Assembly (NCBI GenBank): GCA_964019335.1
Contig: OZ025738.1
Location: 62,001 to 126,000 of the forward strand
Reading direction: 5' to 3'
Origin: Diplonema japonicum
Taxonomy: Eukaryota; Protista; Euglenozoa: Diplonemea
DNA length: 64,000 nucleotides
Below the pieces are notes generated by a model. The model had not been told where the DNA came from. It saw only the letters and a list, made by a program, of their open reading frames with translations, and ran no database searches. Each line of letters begins with the position of its first letter. Position 1 is the stretch's first letter. The position numbers and the translations under genes are program-made. This document shows, piece by piece, positions 44,963 to 54,289 of this stretch.

Positions 44963-47275
44963 CTAAATAGCAACAGGGTGCTCACGGCCCCACGGAGTGA
45001 CGAACAACTCAGGCGACCCGGCCTTCAATGACTTCTGCAACCTTGAATAAACAGAGTTCTGAAGGTCGGTGTTGCAAACAACCGTCTGGGAAAGCTGCGG
45101 AGTGGACCCAGTAGCAATGGAGGTGATGGTCGGTAGAAGCGGGTCAGGAGACTCTTGCGAATCGTTCGAGTCGTCCACGTGCGGGCAGACGATGGCGAAG
45201 ACAGTTACGTGCATCATGTTCACCTTCAGGATACCGACAACCTGCGTGACGTAAGAGCTTCCTATCACTGCGGCAATCGATGAAGGAACGATCGCCCACC
45301 CATACTTCACAGAAAATGCGTGCGCCCCTTGCATGATATCGATGACATCACCCGCCATGGTAAAGCCTCGTGTTGTAGAAGTACCAAGATTGCCCGACCG
45401 GACCCTGCCATTCGCCATTCCACAATGGAGCCCTCTATCAAGCATGACAGCTACACCGCATGCCTTGACAACTGGCCCGTCACAGTGCGAGGCAATGTTC
45501 CACGACAGGTGTAATATGTCGGGACTGAACATACCGAACCCGTGAAGGACACCTCGGCTTGCCGTTGCCATGGATTCCAACCTGGGGAGAACTGCGGCAA
45601 GCTTATCAGCAACCTGTCCTTGGATGGAAACCATCATCACCACACCGTTGGTCTGCCGCAGGGTCAACGCTGTTACCGGTTTCTCCACGTTCCCCTCCCA
45701 GCTCGCTGTGGATCCTCCCTCCGACCCATTGTCCGGGCCGTTCACCAAAACCGTTTTCGGTAAAAAAGCACGGTATTCTGCTAAGGATGAACAAGCAAAC
45801 GTAAGACCCTGATGCAACACGGCTACCTCAGATATCATGAAAGGCTTCTCCTGCTTGTCGAGCTCCTCCGCCATCCCAGTAAGGTCCATCACCTCGAGGA
45901 ACGATGTCGTTCCGGCCAGCAATGACAGCGGGCGGGAGATGAATATAATCTCAACGCTTGCGATGGCGAGGTCCACGACAAAGATGACGACACAGCATAT
46001 GATGAGCTGCACCAAGGCGCGAAGGATGACCTCGTTCACAGATGCAACAGACCGGATCCACAACAGCTCGAAGGTCACATGTGTGGTGGCATGGATCTCA
46101 GACAGCCTGATGAAGTAAGCCCCGCCCTTCAGACTCGTCGTCACGTTCCGGTTCACCTTGTACAATGGTGTGCGCTTCTCGATATCGCTATCCTCGAAGT
46201 ACTCCCCGTACCTTACCCAGACTATCATGTTTGTGGCCCCTAACGATGAGTCAAAGAACGACCCGCGTTCTCGTGGCTTCGCGGCCTTCACAGCGTCGGA
46301 AACAGTGGGCCCAAGCTCGTCCACAGGAAGCAAACATTCAGCTCCCGCAAAATCGGAGCAGCTGAAGCACTTCGAGTAACATCCAAAACGAATCGCCGGC
46401 GCCTTGTACAACGTGTGCGCAAACACACGGTCTGTCTCGGTGTCGATGATGGCAAGCTCCGTGTAGTCCTGCTTGAACTCATGGATGGTCTCAGTCCAAG
46501 GCCGGAACGTGAAGAAGCCTATCATAACAAGCGTGTAGGAGCCATCCCATAAAGGGAGGTTGTACTGCTTCCTGTAGTGCAGGTAAGAGTAAGGCGACCC
46601 ATCGACCGCGGTCCAAAAGTAAGGCACGGACCAAGTCCCGTTGTGAGGTGTGTCTGTCATCCAGGTTCTGACAAGCGTCTCCGTCGTCTCGGGGACCGAG
46701 GTGTGGAGAATGCTCCGATCAGGTATCCCTGTGGTGTTGTCGATGGAGGTGGTGTACTTAATGTGGGTGTTGTTGGTGAACCCGTCACTGTGCACGTACT
46801 CCACAAGCCAGTATTTACCGTACTCTCCGTTGGAGTGGATGATAGGGTCGTACCACACTGACACACGGGCGTAGCCTTCAGGGTCTTTCCACGGTGGTGT
46901 GCATGTTGTGCAGGTTTCATCGTGTTCTTTTGAGAGGAAGAAGCCCACACCGTAGTCCTCAGTTGGGCGCAGGACTGCAAACGCGCCTGCTGTGTACAGG
47001 TCGGCCACACCCTTCATCCCTAGTCTGGTCACATTTATCAAGTCGGCCCTGTTCAGGAGAAGCCAGCCTTGGGTGGTGGACTCGACTGTCCTTAGCAGCA
47101 TGCCCGCGAGGCGTTGTTTGGCATTTTTCGCGGTGGCCTGGCTGGTGTCGTCCACGGCATTCTTCAGCACAGACACAGACTCTGTGTACAGCAGCCATCC
47201 TGCTATCAGAGATATTGTGGTGGATATCACTGTCGAGACGAAGATGATCGCCTTTGATGGAATCCTGCTACGCAT
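44963..47275 (-). CDS. Receptor-type protein: two TM helices, extracellular sensor, HAMP-like linker, degenerate class III cyclase-like domain
   Basis: N-terminal TM, TM2 (QLIICCVVIFVVDLAI), SEV..L..SLAEYRAFLP linker, and LHCGMANG...GNLG...FTMAG cyclase-like motifs. Confidence 0.7.
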   Translation of the reverse strand: MRSRIPSKAIIFVSTVISTTISLIAGWLLYTESVSVLKNAVDDTSQATAKNAKQRLAGMLLRTVESTTQGWLLLNRADLINVTRLGMKGVADLYTAGAFAVLRPTEDYGVGFFLSKEHDETCTTCTPPWKDPEGYARVSVWYDPIIHSNGEYGKYWLVEYVHSDGFTNNTHIKYTTSIDNTTGIPDRSILHTSVPETTETLVRTWMTDTPHNGTWSVPYFWTAVDGSPYSYLHYRKQYNLPLWDGSYTLVMIGFFTFRPWTETIHEFKQDYTELAIIDTETDRVFAHTLYKAPAIRFGCYSKCFSCSDFAGAECLLPVDELGPTVSDAVKAAKPRERGSFFDSSLGATNMIVWVRYGEYFEDSDIEKRTPLYKVNRNVTTSLKGGAYFIRLSEIHATTHVTFELLWIRSVASVNEVILRALVQLIICCVVIFVVDLAIASVEIIFISRPLSLLAGTTSFLEVMDLTGMAEELDKQEKPFMISEVAVLHQGLTFACSSLAEYRAFLPKTVLVNGPDNGSEGGSTASWEGNVEKPVTALTLRQTNGVVMMVSIQGQVADKLAAVLPRLESMATASRGVLHGFGMFSPDILHLSWNIASHCDGPVVKACGVAVMLDRGLHCGMANGRVRSGNLGTSTTRGFTMAGDVIDIMQGAHAFSVKYGWAIVPSSIAAVIGSSYVTQVVGILKVNMMHVTVFAIVCPHVDDSNDSQESPDPLLPTITSIATGSTPQLSQTVVCNTDLQNSVYSRLQKSLKAGSPELFVTPWGREHPVAI

Positions 47276-47604
47276 TTTCCCCTCCCCCCTTTCCACCACT
47301 TCCCTTTTCTTTTTTATTGTGTGGGTGTGTTAAAGTATGAGGGGGTGGGGGGTGGGAAACAATTGTCCCGTCAAAAAAAAAACTTTTTTTTTTCTTTTCC
47401 CCTCTAAGAAAAAAAAATAAGGTTAGAAACTAAAGGGGAAAAAAAAAAAAAAAAAAGAACATGGAAAATAAAATAAATAAATAAAAAAAAAGCTGAGGTT
47501 TTTCTTTTTTCTTGCTTTCTTTCTCTCTCCCCCCCCCCCCCCCCCGTTTGTTAATTTGACAAAGTACTCGTCCCCGTTTAAAAAAAAACGCTTTTTCTTT
47601 TTTT

Positions 47605-48627
47605 TTAAATACTGTAAACCAATCTGGTGTTCTCTCTGGCAGCCCTGTAGACATCGTCAATGCCAACATGCTTTATCTTAGCTAGCTCGCTCGCTATATA
47701 AGGAATATGCCCAGGGTGGCAGATCGGCTGCGCCCTCTGCTTCCCAGGGCTCAGCATATTCGGCAACATATAAGGGCCATCCGTCTCAAGAAGCATTCTG
47801 CTCAAAGGCACTGCTTCTGCAATCATACCCCTAAGCCGCTGAGTCTTGGCACCAGGAAAGGTAATCCCGCCTGTGAACCCCAGATAGATATTGGGAAAGC
47901 TATCTAACAAGGTAGTGGTACCTAACACATCCGGGGACCCCCAAGAGTGAAGATGAAACTTTTGAGACCGGGCGCAGTTTTTTTCAAGAACCTCGAGAAG
48001 CGTTCTGCACTCTCCTCTGTAGTGAATTACAATAGGCTTATCAGGTACAAGGTTAGAAGCAATCTGGAGCTGCTTCTCGAAAATGGGAAGTTGGACATCA
48101 ACACCAGCAGCGCCCTTTTTCTCAGATGTCACATCAAGACCAATCTCACCCCAACCCACCATTCGCTCGTCCAAGGCCATTTCTATCATCTTCTGTTCGA
48201 TTCTGTCGTTGTAATAACCGGCGTTGTGGGGGTGGATCCCAACTGTGCCGAATACATTTGCGTACTTTCCGGACTGGATGAGGTCGGGGTAGGCGGACAA
48301 GGCGTCCGAGAGTATGGCTGTCGGGTCGCAGAAAACTGATATAACTGCCTCATAGTTGGCAGGCATTTCGTTTAACATCAAGAATTCCTCCCATGTCCCC
48401 ACCTTGCTCTTCTCCAAGACATAGTCGAGGTGGCAGTGTGTGTCTACATACCCAATGGTGCTGTTCTCCACTGGTACATCAACAACGTCAGGTGCCGATG
48501 AGTGTAGGCTTATGCAGTCCCTCGACACGTGCCCTTCGACGCCGCAGTTGAAGCAGACAGGCGGGCCCTTCTTCCCTTTCTTGCCCCCCTTTCCGCCGCC
48601 CTTTTTGCCCCCGCCCTTCGTTGCCAT
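47605..48627 (-). CDS. TatD-family DNase with an N-terminal K/G-rich tail and CCHC zinc knuckle
   Basis: CFNCGVEGHVSRDC, then DTHCH, GIHPH, GEIGLD and LETDGPY. Confidence 0.92.
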   Translation of the reverse strand: MATKGGGKKGGGKGGKKGKKGPPVCFNCGVEGHVSRDCISLHSSAPDVVDVPVENSTIGYVDTHCHLDYVLEKSKVGTWEEFLMLNEMPANYEAVISVFCDPTAILSDALSAYPDLIQSGKYANVFGTVGIHPHNAGYYNDRIEQKMIEMALDERMVGWGEIGLDVTSEKKGAAGVDVQLPIFEKQLQIASNLVPDKPIVIHYRGECRTLLEVLEKNCARSQKFHLHSWGSPDVLGTTTLLDSFPNIYLGFTGGITFPGAKTQRLRGMIAEAVPLSRMLLETDGPYMLPNMLSPGKQRAQPICHPGHIPYIASELAKIKHVGIDDVYRAARENTRLVYSI

Positions 48628-49145
48628 TTTCTTTTTTCTTTTTTCTGATAAAAAAAAAAAAAAAAAAAAGGAGGGGGAAACGCTGCAGTACTGTGTGTTC
48701 GACAAGGGTCGTCTGGACTGTCTTTTTACTCACACCCCCCCTTTTTTCTTTGGTGTGCTGATGTGTAACAACACAGCGGCCCAGGAATCGGGCCCATTCC
48801 GTCCGTAACCTCTTCCACCGAAAAAGAAGAAACCTGCGACAGAGACAAGCACGGTGACAACAAATAAGAAGTTTTACGCACCTCTTTTGCTGACATCAAG
48901 AAAACTGGCAACGTTCTAATGATCACCGTAGCCCTTAAAACACAGGAACACCCGTGAAATTGCTCGACGATATGGGCTCAAGGCAGCTATTCAGCTCAAG
49001 CAGGAGCTCTAGCTCTCCATGTGCCATCGTCCCATGATCACCCCTACTCCCGACGGTTACCGCGAGGTTAACAACCTCCAAAAAGACTGGATCAAAGCGA
49101 TGATGTGGATGCTGAGACGTTCGTATTTTGCTTTCTTCTTGTTGG

Positions 49146-49181
<36 letters not shown>

Positions 49182-50164
49182 GCATTAATCAAAAGGGGGG
49201 TGGGGGGTGGGTTTGTTCTTTTCTTTTTATTCTTCCTGATAGAGGGGAGGGGGGTAGCTGAAGTGTTGGGGAATGGAGGGGGGGTCCTTTACCTTTCTTA
49301 TCCTTTTCTTTTTAAACCCCCGATTCGTTGGACAAATCAAAAAGAAAACGCTTTCTTTTTTTCTTTTTTCTTTTTTTGTTTTCTTGCAGAATTTGTTTCT
49401 TCAGAGGGGGAGGGGAAGAACACGCGTAGCCTTTCTGTACAAGAAATCTGCCTTTGCTGGGTATTTGAAATGTTTACTGAAGAAAAAAAAAAAAAAAAAA
49501 CACAGAAAAAGCAGGATAAATACTGCATACGAAAACAAAGAAAAACCGAATAAAATAATAGAAAAAAAATAAAATAAAATACTGTAAAACGAAAAACTCC
49601 GGGTTTTTTTTTTTTTTTTTGGCGTCCGGAATTCTTTTTTGTAAAGTCGTCAGGGGGGCCTGGTCCACTACCACCGAAACGGCAACCGCGCGTAGAAAAA
49701 CCCACCAGATGATCCTATGGCGAAAAGGAAGAGAGTGTAACTTAGCCCTAGCCAAGGAAACAGCTGCACAAGGAATAAAGCCCCCCTTCGTGTCCAGGAG
49801 TTCTCTTCAGTCCAACATTATTCGTTTTACAGTGTGAGACGCCCCCTTGTTCTTATAAAATAAATGCTGCCTCTTTGTGTGCGACATACTGTTGCCGTGG
49901 TTACAAAAATCGTATTGCAATCTCTCATGCGGTGGCTTTTCGATAGCACAGCCGACTAGCCTGAGGCACAACCCTGCTCTGAAAATCAAGTGCTTCCCTT
50001 TTCTCTTTTCCTCTTTTGAAAATTTTCAAAAAAAAAGGGGGGGGGTGCGAAAAAAAAAAAGAATACAACATTCAAACACATAGACCTTACCACTGGTTAA
50101 AAAAAAAAAAGAAAATTTGATAAATTTCGGTGTGCGGGTGGGTGCTCACCGTTCAGGGAGAAAT

Positions 50165-53100
50165 TCACACTAATCGGTCACCGTTCTGCGGTTGCTGTCT
50201 GGTGCCTGCGGTGGCTGTTTGTCGCGATGAGATGGACGGCATCTGGGCGAGAAACATTGCTTGGAGTCGTGCTAGGTAGGGGGCGGTTTGGCTCGAGGAG
50301 AAGAGTGGTCTCCTGTCGTAGCCGTGTGTCGTCGGGCCCCCAAGATGTCGAAGGGTGTGTACCCTTGTCTTTGCGTTGGCGGGGAAAGCATTCTTCCCAC
50401 TCTTTGCTGTGCATTTCTGAATACGTCCTAAGATGTATCGCATCCTTCCAGCCTTCTCTGTGAGCCAGTCCTGGTCGTCGAGGGGTCCAGCCAAGGACTG
50501 CCGGGTGGCCTGCTCATAGTCTACTGCGAGCTCCATCGTCGTGACGGACGTCAACTTCCTACCTGCGTACCATCTTAGGCTTTTCAGCCACCTGAGGACG
50601 CTCTTCATGTAGAACATTAGGACCTTTCCCGACGCTCCGTTCGATTTCAACAGCTCCACTGTGGGCACAGTGTGCTGCTTCCCCGTTGTGATCTCATCCC
50701 ACGGGTTGGTGGTGAGGATTCTGGTGCTCCGTTCAGCCGCTCTGGCGTCTCGTCTTGACACGACATCCAACAGGTATCGTTGCACGACTGCCGCCTGTTG
50801 CTTCGCAGCCCCCGTTGCGCCCCTTGGAATGATCCCGTGGAGGGCGGTCACTGCAGGTAGGTCACTTCGTGTCATCCCGCCATATCTTTCGTTTGTCAGG
50901 GCAGCTCTCGCTGGTGCACATTCCCATAGGGCGTGCTCCGTGACTTCTGTCGTCGTCTGGCACCGATGGTCGCAGACGTCGCACGCAAGAGACGAGCTTT
51001 CCACACCCTCACGTTCATCCAATTGCTTCCCCCACACTCGAGGGTGTACCGTGAACACTGCACCGCTGATGATCCGCCGCAGTCTGTACGATATCAGCGG
51101 TCTCCGTGACTGGAGCTTCCTCCACCAGGCGTTCGTGGACGGACATGCACCCGCTTCCATTCCAGCAAAAGACGACCTGCCGTGGATCAATTCCTTTGCA
51201 ACAGCCGGTCTGATCGCCTGTCTTACTTCATGGCGTCTCGCACTGGGCACCAGAGCGCGCAAACCTTCAATGAAGGACCACCCCTTGTTCAGGAAGGGTA
51301 GCCACCTCTTCAGCAAGACCCCTAGCGGCCCCCTCTCCTCGTCGTCCTCTCGCTCCCGGTACAGTGTAACAATCTCATTGACTCGCTGCCACAGTTGTGG
51401 GGAGGTGAGGCTTTCTCGCACCAGGCAGTTCACCGTGTTGTAAACAATCTTCGCTTGTGGATATGCTGTGTGTCCAGGTAACAGCACATTGAGCACAGCC
51501 ATCGGGGATCTCATCCTGAAGCGCGGTCCCCACAGGGAAGTCACCGTCGCTGTACAGAGTTTTTTCAGCTGGTTGTCAGACGGCGCAGCGTAGGTCGTAC
51601 CGTATAGACAGGATGGTAGCACAGTGCCCGTCAGCATTGACGCCTTGTTCCCGAAGCTTAATGGCAATGCACCAAGCCGGGACAAACGGCCTTCGGCGGA
51701 ATGTAGCTTGTCCAAACTATGTTTCCCGTTCATGTTCAGGATCACGCCAAGCGCCTTGATCCCCTTCGTCACTCTGAACGATGAGCCTGTGCACTTCAAC
51801 CAAGGGCCGATCTCATCCTTCGTCGAGAATGCTTGTGACTTGTTTTCGTTAAGGCGCATGCCTGTCCGCTCGCAAAACTCGATTGTTTTGTTGGTCGCTC
51901 TCTTGAGTACCTCGACCAAACGCGCAAGTAGGTACGCGTCGTCCGCGTACGACAGCGATCGCGAGCCAGGTACCTCAGCAATCACGCACTTCACCATCAC
52001 TGACACCAGAGCGTTCACCAGGATGACGGAGATTGGACACCCTTGGAGAATTCCATTTGTCACGTGGAACTCGGAACCCACGCCAGTAGGGAAGCGGAAA
52101 CGTCTTTTGAGGCCTGCGTACATCGCTTTGAGCGGGGTCAGTATCCTCTGGTGCAAACCCAGGTCTTGCATAAGCCCGAACGCTACTTTCTGTGGCACCC
52201 TGTCGAAGCACTTGACGAAGTCCAGTGCTATGCCGTTAAGAGGGGTGTTGGTCAGCATCGCCGTCTCCAGCTGCGTGCTGAGCTCCATCAGGATGCTGTC
52301 CGTCCCGTGACGTGGTCGAAAACCATGCTGCGAGTCGTCCGCCCATTTCTCTTGCCATGGCGATATATCACGCAACCTGGCACAGGCCCACAGTCTGTAG
52401 ACCGCACTCGTGACTGTGATGGGGCGGTGGTTGAGCGGAGTCCTCTCGCCTCCCTTCGGGATCAGCGTAACCAACGCCGTCAGGAGTGCCTTCGGCCACT
52501 TCCCTGTCACCTCGATGGCGTTGAAGAGCATCGCCCACGCATCCAACAATACATTTGGCATAGCGCGAAGTTCTGCCATCCTCCACCCATCAACTCCCGG
52601 TGCTGTCCTCGTCGATTTCTTGGCCAGAACTGCTCTCAGATCAGCCCCTGTCAGTGGCTGGAGCACCATGTCATGCGTCGAGATGTATGGCCCGTATCTA
52701 GCCTTGAAGGCCTCGTACGATGGTTCTTCATGCCCTTCACCGTACATCTGGAGCACGCCGTCCCATTCCGCGTGCATCATCCTGTCCATCTCGTCGAGGT
52801 CTGCGGTCAGCACTCCGCCGCTCTCCACTGCCTGCGCCGCTGACGTAGAAGTGTTTTTCACAAAGGCGGTCATCCCCCTCCGCTCCTCCTGGAACTGGGT
52901 GTTGATCCTCGCCTCGTACTTCTTCTCCCGCTCCACTCTCGTGTCCTTTGCGATCTCGCGTAGTAGCGAGGAGAGGTTGTCGTCTAGCAGTTGAAGTCTG
53001 GTGACAATCGACTCCAGGTCATCCTTCAGCAAGTTCCTATCAAACACTGGAGGGTTCGGCAGTTTCTCCAGCAAACTCAGAGCATTCGCCCAAGTCTTCA

Positions 53101-54250
53101 ACAGAACTACTGGCATGTTGCACACTTGTCCCTTGTCAATCATCACCTGGATTTCCGCGCTGATGTGTGCAAGCTTCCTCTGCAAACAGGCAATCGACTT
53201 CTGTCTACCCACCGCTGCGCCCGTGGCTTCCTTTACAGACTTGGCCGACAGGCATTTCTCCTTGGGTTTGCGCTCCTCGCCCCTCCCTCGGAAAGTCTTC
53301 TGTTGCTCCATCGGCACGCCTGTGATGCAGTGTCTTTCCGAGACGTCAGCCAGCACACGGTATGCGCCGTCGATGTCCTCAAGTTTTTGGATGAATCTCT
53401 CCGCCTGTAGCAGCTCAATCACGTGGTCATCACTAGCAGTCGACACCGGCAGTTCCTTCGGGATGAAGTACTTGCGTGTCTTGCTCTTGAGAGTAGGGAT
53501 ACACAGTTTGATGGAGAGGCATCTGTGTTCGTTGGTATACACCGTGTCGTGGACCCACGCCTTCTGTAGTCCCGCCGCAGCGATCGGGTTCATCAAGACG
53601 TAGTCGATGCGTGTCTTTGTGTCAGTGGCTCTCACAAAGGTGTGGCTCGGCCTTACCCCGTCTTTCTCGGCCTGCATTGCTGCTGCATCCACCCAGTCAC
53701 ACCCAACCGCCTGCTGTAGTACACCTGATTGCGACACCTCGGTGTTTAGGTCCCCCGCGACGATGATAGGAACATCTCCCAGGGCACATCTCATCTCGTT
53801 CAGCACCTTGTTCAAAAGTGTCTCACGCTGGTGTTTGCCGTAACTTCCCGAGTGGCAATATACCACAATGAGGTGGAGCCACATGTCTCGTCCGTCCAAG
53901 TTGATCATAGCATGGACCCACCTGTTGCCGTCGTCCATCGAAGCGACTGCTTTGACTATCGCCGGCCTGCACCGCTGTACTAGTATGCCGACTCCACCTC
54001 TTTGTGCTTTGTCGGGAGCAGCAAGTCCATCGACCACGATACCGGGCTGTGGGTTTCCCCACAGCGCACGATACCTGCCGTTGTCCTCAACATGCCTCCC
54101 AATCATGTGTTGTCCGTGTGCGGTCAGCTTCACTTCCTGCAAGCACGAGATGTCGCTCTCCATGGCCAACACCTCGTCCACCTTATTGCTCAGGGACCCC
54201 ACATTGAGAGTTGTGATTGTGAGCGAATTGGGGTCCCTAGCTCCACCCAT
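50165..54250 (-). CDS. LINE A ORF2: AP endonuclease, reverse transcriptase, Cys/His finger, C-terminal domain
   Basis: NVGSL, LQE, GDLN, RIDY (APE); DFVKCFD, QGCPIS, YADD (RT); CDVC..H..WEC. Confidence 0.95.
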   Translation of the reverse strand: MGGARDPNSLTITTLNVGSLSNKVDEVLAMESDISCLQEVKLTAHGQHMIGRHVEDNGRYRALWGNPQPGIVVDGLAAPDKAQRGGVGILVQRCRPAIVKAVASMDDGNRWVHAMINLDGRDMWLHLIVVYCHSGSYGKHQRETLLNKVLNEMRCALGDVPIIVAGDLNTEVSQSGVLQQAVGCDWVDAAAMQAEKDGVRPSHTFVRATDTKTRIDYVLMNPIAAAGLQKAWVHDTVYTNEHRCLSIKLCIPTLKSKTRKYFIPKELPVSTASDDHVIELLQAERFIQKLEDIDGAYRVLADVSERHCITGVPMEQQKTFRGRGEERKPKEKCLSAKSVKEATGAAVGRQKSIACLQRKLAHISAEIQVMIDKGQVCNMPVVLLKTWANALSLLEKLPNPPVFDRNLLKDDLESIVTRLQLLDDNLSSLLREIAKDTRVEREKKYEARINTQFQEERRGMTAFVKNTSTSAAQAVESGGVLTADLDEMDRMMHAEWDGVLQMYGEGHEEPSYEAFKARYGPYISTHDMVLQPLTGADLRAVLAKKSTRTAPGVDGWRMAELRAMPNVLLDAWAMLFNAIEVTGKWPKALLTALVTLIPKGGERTPLNHRPITVTSAVYRLWACARLRDISPWQEKWADDSQHGFRPRHGTDSILMELSTQLETAMLTNTPLNGIALDFVKCFDRVPQKVAFGLMQDLGLHQRILTPLKAMYAGLKRRFRFPTGVGSEFHVTNGILQGCPISVILVNALVSVMVKCVIAEVPGSRSLSYADDAYLLARLVEVLKRATNKTIEFCERTGMRLNENKSQAFSTKDEIGPWLKCTGSSFRVTKGIKALGVILNMNGKHSLDKLHSAEGRLSRLGALPLSFGNKASMLTGTVLPSCLYGTTYAAPSDNQLKKLCTATVTSLWGPRFRMRSPMAVLNVLLPGHTAYPQAKIVYNTVNCLVRESLTSPQLWQRVNEIVTLYREREDDEERGPLGVLLKRWLPFLNKGWSFIEGLRALVPSARRHEVRQAIRPAVAKELIHGRSSFAGMEAGACPSTNAWWRKLQSRRPLISYRLRRIISGAVFTVHPRVWGKQLDEREGVESSSLACDVCDHRCQTTTEVTEHALWECAPARAALTNERYGGMTRSDLPAVTALHGIIPRGATGAAKQQAAVVQRYLLDVVSRRDARAAERSTRILTTNPWDEITTGKQHTVPTVELLKSNGASGKVLMFYMKSVLRWLKSLRWYAGRKLTSVTTMELAVDYEQATRQSLAGPLDDQDWLTEKAGRMRYILGRIQKCTAKSGKNAFPANAKTRVHTLRHLGGPTTHGYDRRPLFSSSQTAPYLARLQAMFLAQMPSISSRQTATAGTRQQPQNGDRLV

Positions 54251-54289
54251 GAAGATGTCCCTCCGGATGTCTTCATGGCTGGCGTCCCT

